DNA of 9,991 nt from Longivirga aurantiaca (lineage in GTDB: Bacteria > Actinomycetota > Actinomycetes > S36-B12 > CAIYMF01), in NCBI RefSeq assembly GCF_042660085.1, contig NZ_JBHSTI010000038.1:1-9991 (forward strand). The letters run 5' to 3'. Below, piece by piece: positions 1 through 5,224 of this stretch. The notes under the pieces were generated by a model that saw only the letters and a list, made by a program, of their open reading frames with translations, was not told the origin of the DNA and ran no database searches. The first letter of the stretch is position 1; each line of letters begins with the position of its first letter. A program made the position numbers and the translations under genes.

Positions 1-503
1 GATGGCTCGACATTCGTCGTCGGCGTGCACCGATCTCCCTGCCAGGCCCCGTCGTCGCTGCGGTTGCCCGCTGCGTCGCCGTCGGAGGTTGCCCTCCGCT
101 GGACCCGGTGGTCGTGCTCGGTGCTGTCGAGGTGTGAAAGAGCCGGCACGTCGGTGCTGCGGTTGCCCGCGTCATCGGCGACGGGTTGCCCCGCTGCCTG
201 CTTCGCCTTCCTCGACTGCCTCCCACTCCGGCCGGCCCGTCGTCGCCCTGGTCTCCCAGGCCGTCGCCGTCGGAGTTGCCTCCGGTGGCCCGCCCTCGTG
301 CTCGGCGTCCGCGTCGCTCCTCGCCGGGCCGCTCGGTCGGCTGGTCTCCCAGCCGTCCGCCGTCCGGAGTCTCCTCCGGCTGGCCCGCCGTCTCGCTCGG
401 CGTGCGCATCGCTCCTCGCCGGGCCGCTCGGTCGGCTGGTCTCCCAGCCGTCCGCCGTCCGGAGTCTCCTCCGGCTGGCCCGCCGTCTCGCTCTGCGGTG
501 GCG
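1..503 (-). repeat. Tandem array of five ~90-97-bp units, each with two short hairpin palindromes whose 4-nt centres read GAGA or GCAA on the minus strand
   Basis: Hand alignment. 314-398 and 409-493 are identical over 85 bp (period 95). Units further left are diverged and carry indels. Palindromes (plus coordinates): 57-74, 83-98, 159-170, 182-193, 247-260, 271-284, 339-354, 364-379, 434-449, 459-474. Hairpin pairs are ~23-25 bp apart centre to centre, and unit spacing is 90-97 bp. Two of the three minus-strand frames have no stop from 508 down to 1, so coding cannot be excluded. Confidence 0.8.
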
Positions 504-656
504 TAGTTCTATTCCTGTTTCGGCAAGCGGCACAAGGGGTTTCAGCGAAGTTTTCTGACGAGTTTCTGTGCCCACAAGATGTGCACAGGGTTGGCGCTGT
601 TCATGCACCGGATGTCCCCATGTTGTCCCCACCTTCATGCACAGGCTGAGAACTAC
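503..656. other. Low-GC island with clustered short direct and inverted repeats; candidate divergent promoter or leader region between the array and the PEBP gene
   Basis: Visibly AT-richer than its flanks. Bounded by the 8-bp inverted repeat GTAGTTCT (503-510) / AGAACTAC (649-656). Contains TTCATGCAC(C/A)GG at 600-611 and 634-645, TGTCCCCA at 613-620 and 624-631, GTGCACAGG at 581-589, and GTTTC-type pentamers at 517-521, 539-543, 551-555 and 562-566. Confidence 0.5.
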
Positions 657-873
657 CGGTGCCCCCGACCCCCTTCCGTCTGTTTGCGATGAAGGGCTGG
701 GCCCCCGCCGGGCGACGATGGGCGAAGCCCTCGTGCGGTAGGGGACTTCGTTGCCAAGAGCGCAAGAAAGTGGACCTTCATCGGTAGCGAGGGGCTGCGT
801 CGGCGGCGTGCGCGCGGCAGGATCGGCGACGTCGACGTCAGCGCTGACGCCGTACCCGGAGAGAGGCGGTCCC

Positions 874-1407
874 ATGGGTCTCGAGCGCCCCGTCATGGTC
901 AACCCGTACGACTACCTGCCGCCGGTGGCGTCGTTCACCGTGACCAGCACCGACGTGGTCGACGGCGAGCAGGTCGACCTCGCCTTCGTGCACGACTCGG
1001 CCGGCGGGTCGAACGTGTCGCCGCAGCTCGCGTGGTCGGGCTTCCCCGACGGCACGCAGAGCTTCGTCGTGACGTGCTTCGACCCGGACGCGCCGATCCC
1101 GTCCGGCTTCTGGCACTGGACCGTGGTCGACGTGCCGCTGGCGGTGACGTCGTTCGACCAGGGCGCCGGGGCGTCCGACGCGACGCTGCCCGGCGGGTTC
1201 CACGTGCGGACGGACTTCGGCTCGGCGTCGTACGGCGGCTGCGCCCCTCCGCCCGGCGACCACCCGCACCGGTACTTCTTCGTCGTGCACGCGGTCGACG
1301 TGCCCAGCCTCGGGGTCGACGCCTCGGTGTCGCCGGCCGTGGTCGGCTTCAACCTGGCCTTCCACACCCTCGGCCGCGCGATCATCGCGCCGACCTACCG
1401 CCACTGA
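874..1407 (+). CDS. YbhB/YbcL family phosphatidylethanolamine-binding (Raf kinase inhibitor-like) protein
   Basis: ORF 751..1407. PEBP hallmarks are present: CFDPDAPIPSGFWHW and GDHPHRYFFVVHAVD. I chose ATG at 874 because GGAGAGAGG (858-866) lies 7 nt upstream; ATG at 895 is an alternative. The stop is TGA at 1405-1407. Confidence 0.9.
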   Translation: MGLERPVMVNPYDYLPPVASFTVTSTDVVDGEQVDLAFVHDSAGGSNVSPQLAWSGFPDGTQSFVVTCFDPDAPIPSGFWHWTVVDVPLAVTSFDQGAGASDATLPGGFHVRTDFGSASYGGCAPPPGDHPHRYFFVVHAVDVPSLGVDASVSPAVVGFNLAFHTLGRAIIAPTYRH

Positions 1408-1422
1408 CGGGCCCCCCGCCGA

Positions 1423-1498
1423 CCGCACGTTCGGGCCCTGTGGGTCGATCACGGGGGTTCAACTGCCTCCGATGACCCCTGCTCGTGATCTTGGTGGC
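1423..1498. repeat. Intergenic repeat family A, copy 1 (fills the gap between the convergent PEBP and zinc-ribbon genes)
   Basis: Ungapped hand alignment to 5075-5150 in the same orientation gives 62/76 identical positions. Conserved blocks are TGGGTCGATCA, ACTGCCTCCG, TGACCC and CTCGTGATCTTG. Confidence 0.8.
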
Positions 1499-1500
1499 CC

Positions 1501-1659
1501 TCAGCCGGTGGCGCGGGTGTCGGTCCAGCCGGGGCCGCAGAGGTCGCCGCCGTCGCAGCACGGCTGCAGGTAGAAGCAGACCGGGCACTGGTCCTTGCCG
1601 CCCTTGCGCACGAGGTCGGCGCGCTCGCACTGGGGGCACTGGCCGGGGCTCTGGAACAT
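1501..1659 (-). CDS. Cysteine-rich zinc-ribbon microprotein (52 aa), function unknown
   Basis: Sequence MFQSPGQCPQCERADLVRKGGKDQCPVCFYLQPCCDGGDLCGPGWTDTRATG. It has a CxxC-x14-CxxC knuckle pair plus three more Cys. All 52 sense codons end in G or C, a strong coding signal in this genome. The upstream in-frame extension to GTG at 1722 has poorer third-position GC. There is no clear SD. TACGCT lies 7 nt upstream of the ATG, so the transcript may be leaderless. Confidence 0.75.
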   Translation of the reverse strand: MFQSPGQCPQCERADLVRKGGKDQCPVCFYLQPCCDGGDLCGPGWTDTRATG

Positions 1660-1749
1660 GCGGGCGAGCGTACGAGCGATAGCCCGGCGTCCGGCGACGA
1701 CACACCACGAGGCCGCACGCACGACCCCAGCGGGACCTCTCGGCGTACG

Positions 1750-1811
1750 CGAGTTACTGCCCAGATGGTCGTTGAAGCAGGCTCTTCAGCGACCATCTGG
1801 GCAGTAACTCG
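1750..1811. repeat. Intergenic long-hairpin repeat family B, copy 1 (22-bp perfect stem)
   Basis: CGAGTTACTGCCCAGATGGTCG (1750-1771) is the exact reverse complement of 1790-1811. The 18-nt loop has a further 5-bp TGAAG/CTTCA stem. The outer 13 bp (GAGTTACTGCCCA) are shared with 7026-7084. The element lies 22 nt after the oxidoreductase stop codon. Confidence 0.85.
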
Positions 1812-1833
1812 AGGAACTCGGGGTGCGGCGTGG

Positions 1834-2832
1834 TCAGTCGAGGCCGGGGTAGGTGAGGCCGATCTGGCGCCGGACCTCGTCGAGGGTCTCCATGATCGAG
1901 ACGGTCTCGTCGAGCGGCAGGCGGGGCGACTCGGTCAGCCCGGCGCGCAGGCACCGGCCGACCTCGGCCGCCTGGTAGCGCAGGCCGTGGCCCGGCTCGT
2001 CGAACGAGTGCACCTCGGGCTCGCCGTCCTCGCGCCCGACGCGCGGGATCACGCGGAACGAGCCGGGGCGGTAGAAGACGCCGTCGATCTCGATGCGTCC
2101 CTCGCGGCCGACGATGACCGCGTGGCACTCGCTCTGGCCGCGCAGGGTCGTCGTGAGCACCGCGTGGGCGCCGCCGTCGAACTGCAGGATCATCGAGGTC
2201 TGGCCGTCGACCCCGGTGAATGCCGCGTCGCTCGCCGCGGTGATCGCGCGCGGCGTGCCGAGCAGCATGTGGGCGTACGACACCGGGTAGATGCCGAGGT
2301 CGAGCAGCGCGCCGCCGCCGAGCTCGGGGGCGAACAGGCGGAACTCGGGGTCGTCGGCGAACCACTGGCCGTGCTCCGCAGTGACGAGGACGATGTCGCC
2401 GATGCGGCCCGACTCGACGATCTCGCGGATCGCGAGCGTGCGCGGCAGGTGCCGCGTCCACATGGCCTCCATGAGGAACGTGCCGCGCGCGCGGGCCGCC
2501 TCCACGAGCGAGCGCGCCTCGGCGGCGTTCATCGTGAACGGCTTCTCGACCAGCACGGCCTTGCCCGCCTCGATCGCGAGCAGCGCGGCGTCGTGGTGGC
2601 CGGGGTGCGGCGTCGCGACGTAGACCGCGTCGACGTCGGGGTCCGCCGCCAGCGCGGCGTACGACGGATGCCGGTGCGCGACGCCGTGCTCGTCGCCGAA
2701 CCGGTCGGCGCTCTCCTGGCTGCGCGAGCCGACGGCGACGACCTCGGCGTCACCGAGCAGCGCGAGATCGCGCACGAAGGCCGCGGCGATACCGCCGGTG
2801 CCGATGACTCCCCAACGGATGGTGTCGCTCAT
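1834..2832 (-). CDS. Gfo/Idh/MocA family NAD(P)-dependent oxidoreductase
   Basis: ORF 1834..2865. It has the N-terminal Rossmann motif IRWGVIGTGGIA and the family EKP motif (LVEKPF). I chose ATG at 2832 (MSDTIRWGVIG). It lies 63 nt downstream of the alpha-galactosidase stop on the same strand, so the two are probably co-transcribed. Confidence 0.9.
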   Translation of the reverse strand: MSDTIRWGVIGTGGIAAAFVRDLALLGDAEVVAVGSRSQESADRFGDEHGVAHRHPSYAALAADPDVDAVYVATPHPGHHDAALLAIEAGKAVLVEKPFTMNAAEARSLVEAARARGTFLMEAMWTRHLPRTLAIREIVESGRIGDIVLVTAEHGQWFADDPEFRLFAPELGGGALLDLGIYPVSYAHMLLGTPRAITAASDAAFTGVDGQTSMILQFDGGAHAVLTTTLRGQSECHAVIVGREGRIEIDGVFYRPGSFRVIPRVGREDGEPEVHSFDEPGHGLRYQAAEVGRCLRAGLTESPRLPLDETVSIMETLDEVRRQIGLTYPGLD

Positions 2833-2895
2833 GCCGCCATCCAACCGTGCCGCCGCTCGTCGCACACGCCGTCGCGGTCTCGGGGTGAGGAGCCG

Positions 2896-5016
2896 CTACA
2901 GGGCGGTGGCGTGGATGAGGGTGGCCTGCTCGGGCACGTGCACGCCCATGGGCAGGCCCACCTCGGCCAGGACGTCGCCCGCCACCTCGATCGGGGCGTC
3001 GTACCACGACGGGTGGTGCCGCTGCATGTCCCAGTTCGCACCCGGCAGGAGCACCCGCTCCACGCGGTAGCGGCGGGCGGGGTCGAGGCCCACCAGCCGC
3101 GCGGGCACCGGCACCGTCAGGGCGGACGCGGTGAGCTGCGCATAGGCGAACAGAGCCTCGGAGCCGTCACGGGCGACCACCCCGTGCACCAGCGCGCTCG
3201 GGTCGGCGTGGTCCACCCGCACGACGCGACCGGTGTGCAGCAGCGATCGGAACCGCTTGTGCACCTCGATCACCTGCGCCACACCGGCTCGGTCCTCGTC
3301 GCTCGCGGCCGAGAGGTTCCACTCGAAACCCAGGTGCCCGAAGAGCGCCGTGGCGGCGCGGAACGGGAGGGTCTGCGTGCGCGCGGTGGTGTGCGACCAC
3401 GCGCCGCCGACGTGCGCGCCCATGAGCTCGGGCGGCAGCAGGTAGGAGAACCCGCGCTGGATGGTCTGGCGCTCGAGCGCGTCGTTGCAGTCCGAGGTCC
3501 AGAAGCGGTCCGTCCGAGCGGCGATCCCGAGGTCGATCCGCCCGCCTCCGGCCGAGCACGACTCGATCTCGAGCCCGGGGTGACGCCGCTTCAGCTCGTC
3601 GAGCAGCGCGTACAGCGCCAGCGTCTGACGGCGTACGCCGGCCACGCCGCCGCGGTGGGCGGCCGCGACGAGCTCGCGGTTGTGGTCCCACTTCAGGTAC
3701 GTGATCGGGTGCTCGGCGAGCAGCGCGTCGAGCCGCTCGAGCAGGTAGTCGAAGGCCTCGGTGCGGCCGAGGTCGAGCACGAGCTGGTTGCGGCCGAGGA
3801 GCGGCTCGTAGCCGTCGACGTGCAGCACCCAGTCGGGGTGGGCGCGGTAGAGGTCGCTGTTGGGGTTGACCATCTCGGGCTCGACCCACAGGCCGAACTC
3901 GAGCCCGAGCCCGACGACGTGGTCGGCCAGCTCGCCCAGGCCGCGGGGGTACTTGCGCGTGTCGACGTACCAGTGGCCCAGCGACGACGTGTCGTCGTCG
4001 CGCTCGCCGAACCAGCCGTCGTCGAGCACGAACCTCTCGACGCCCACTGCGGCGGCGTCGTCGGCGAGGCGTTGCAGCGCGGCCACGTCGTGGTTGAAGT
4101 AGACGGCCTCCCACGTGTTGAGCAGCACCGGTCGCGGAGCCTTCGGGTGGGACGGACGTGCGCGGACGTGGTCGTGGAACTGCTGGCTCGCGGTGGTGAG
4201 GCCCGACCCCGACCACGTGCCGAGCACCGTGGGCGCCTCGTACGTCTCGCCGGGCTCCAGCATGCCCTCGCCCGGCAGGAGGAGGTCGGACGCCGACAGC
4301 ACGCGGCGACCGTCGGGCAGGGTCTCGACGACGAGCCGGTGGTTGCCGCTCCACGCGAGGTGCGCGAGCCAGACCTCGCCCCTCTGCTCGGAGAAGGCGG
4401 GGGTGCCGATCCCGATCGTGGGCCACGACTCGTGCGACGTGCGCCCGCGGCGGCTCTCACGGACGAGCGCGTACGGGCCGAGGGCGTGGCGAGCGCTGTG
4501 CATCTCGTGCGCCCAGCGGCCGGTCAGCGTCATCGCCTCGGACGCACGTGCGGGGAGGGGGATCGTGGGCGCGAGCGAGTCGAGCGTGTAGCGGTCGACG
4601 CCGTCGTTCGTGAGCGACGACGCCACCGACAGCACGCCGTGCTCGTCGAGCGCGACCACGAGCGTGACCGAGATGCCCGCTATCGCGTCCGCCCCTGTCC
4701 AGGTGAGCGACGCCGGATCGGCGGCCGACGACGTACGGCGCAGCAGCGGTGCCCAGGCGGTGCCGTCGGGCCGGTGGCCGCTGATCCCGCCGTACGCCGC
4801 CCAGCCGCGCACATGCTCGGGCAGGAGGGACAACGGCGTGACCGTGTCGAGGCCGCCGTTGGGGATCGAGGCGTCGAGGAGGGCCTCGATCGCGGCGGGC
4901 TCGACCGCGCCGTCGCCCAGGCGCCGCCCCCAGTGCAGGACGCGCGGGACGTCGTCGTCGTGCGTCAGCAGGACGGTCGTGGTCGCCGAGTGCAGGGCGT
5001 GGAAGCGCGATGTCAC
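2896..5016 (-). CDS. Glycoside hydrolase family 36 alpha-galactosidase
   Basis: ORF 2896..5052, about 700 aa. GH36 signatures are present: YLKWDHNR (nucleophile region) and ESCSAGGGRID (acid/base region). The N-terminus RFHALHSATTTVLLTHDD...LHWG is typical of the family. I chose GTG at 5016; GTG at 5034 or 5052 is possible. Confidence 0.93.
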   Translation of the reverse strand: MTSRFHALHSATTTVLLTHDDDVPRVLHWGRRLGDGAVEPAAIEALLDASIPNGGLDTVTPLSLLPEHVRGWAAYGGISGHRPDGTAWAPLLRRTSSAADPASLTWTGADAIAGISVTLVVALDEHGVLSVASSLTNDGVDRYTLDSLAPTIPLPARASEAMTLTGRWAHEMHSARHALGPYALVRESRRGRTSHESWPTIGIGTPAFSEQRGEVWLAHLAWSGNHRLVVETLPDGRRVLSASDLLLPGEGMLEPGETYEAPTVLGTWSGSGLTTASQQFHDHVRARPSHPKAPRPVLLNTWEAVYFNHDVAALQRLADDAAAVGVERFVLDDGWFGERDDDTSSLGHWYVDTRKYPRGLGELADHVVGLGLEFGLWVEPEMVNPNSDLYRAHPDWVLHVDGYEPLLGRNQLVLDLGRTEAFDYLLERLDALLAEHPITYLKWDHNRELVAAAHRGGVAGVRRQTLALYALLDELKRRHPGLEIESCSAGGGRIDLGIAARTDRFWTSDCNDALERQTIQRGFSYLLPPELMGAHVGGAWSHTTARTQTLPFRAATALFGHLGFEWNLSAASDEDRAGVAQVIEVHKRFRSLLHTGRVVRVDHADPSALVHGVVARDGSEALFAYAQLTASALTVPVPARLVGLDPARRYRVERVLLPGANWDMQRHHPSWYDAPIEVAGDVLAEVGLPMGVHVPEQATLIHATAL

Positions 5017-5074
5017 GACGCAACCCTGCCGCACCTGCCCGGCCCACCGCACACGGACCTCGGCTCGCGCCGCG

Positions 5075-5150
5075 CTGCACCTTCTGGCCCCTTGGGTCGA
5101 TCAACGCAGTTCGACTGCCTCCGTTGACCCGTACTCGTGATCTTGATGGC
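5075..5150. repeat. Intergenic repeat family A, copy 2 (59 nt upstream of the alpha-galactosidase start, downstream of the pirin terminator hairpin)
   Basis: Matches 1423-1498 at 62/76 positions in the same orientation. The flanking CTCAG (5161-5165 versus 1500-1504) suggests that a longer element with a 6-nt indel is possible. Confidence 0.8.
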
Positions 5151-5177
5151 GTACGCCGGCCTCAGGGCGCCCGCATG

Positions 5178-5218
5178 CCGGTGCCCCCGGCCGCGGCGTA
5201 CGCGATCGGGGGCACCGG
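5178..5218 (-). terminator. GC-rich hairpin 7 nt after the pirin stop codon (candidate intrinsic terminator without a U-tract)
   Basis: CCGGTGCCCCCG (5178-5189) is the exact reverse complement of CGGGGGCACCGG (5207-5218), with a 17-nt loop. No T/U run follows on the minus strand. Confidence 0.5.
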
Positions 5219-5224
5219 GAGGGG

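Noticed and set aside
1-503. CRISPR array
   Set aside because: The period is ~95 bp, not ~60-72 bp. There is no constant repeat alternating with unique spacers, because whole units, including the would-be spacers, are homologous or identical. No cas genes are present in the window.
555-562. Hammerhead ribozyme core (CTGACGAG)
   Set aside because: The remaining conserved elements are absent: there is no GAAA after a stem II and no properly placed cleavage triplet with stems I and III.
612-631. Chromosomal origin of replication (DnaA boxes)
   Set aside because: There are only two weak, one- or two-mismatch boxes. No dnaA, dnaN or other origin-proximal genes are present, and there is no extended AT-rich unwinding element. 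I kept it only as a possible regulatory DnaA-like site in the low-GC island finding.
2-649. Three + strand ORFs (215, 177 and 106 aa) across the tandem array
   Set aside because: Their translations are Arg/Pro/Ser-rich junk with no domain features. All frames are open here only because the array lacks A/T-rich triplets.
838-1452. ORFs 838..1452 and 4457..5104 (-), which both start MIDP inside element A, 13 nt after GGAGG
   Set aside because: The shared N-terminus simply reflects the repeated DNA. Differences between the copies are not synonymous-biased. The SD spacing is too long. One ORF is antisense to the PEBP gene and the other is out of frame inside the alpha-galactosidase gene.
1750-1811. 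Family B hairpins as integron attC sites or generic Rho-independent terminators
   Set aside because: The ends do not fit the attC R-box pattern (RYYYAAC/GTTRRRY), and there is no intI gene. A generic terminator would not explain identical 13-bp termini at two unrelated loci, and no U-tract follows. I therefore reported them as a repeat family with possible terminator function.
1765-5127. Very long + strand ORF (1120 aa) and other long + or - ORFs overlapping the annotated genes
   Set aside because: These are shadow ORFs opposite or out of frame with genes that have clear family signatures (GH36, Gfo/Idh/MocA, pirin and others). Their translations are Arg/Ala/Gly/Pro-rich low-complexity sequence, as expected from stop-poor high-GC DNA.
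1423-5150. Element A copies as attL/attR of an integrated island, or as tRNA-derived sequence (TTCGA/TTCAA T-loop-like segment)
   Set aside because: The copies are only about 82 percent identical. No integrase or other mobility gene lies between them. The 3.6-kb interior has the same composition as the flanks. No cloverleaf can be drawn; the T-arm-like stem is not conserved between copies.
5161-5224. In-frame 20-codon extension after the pirin TGA, ending at a second TGA (possible read-through)
   Set aside because: The stretch is occupied by the terminator-like hairpin. There is no conservation or codon-bias evidence, so it is most likely coincidental.
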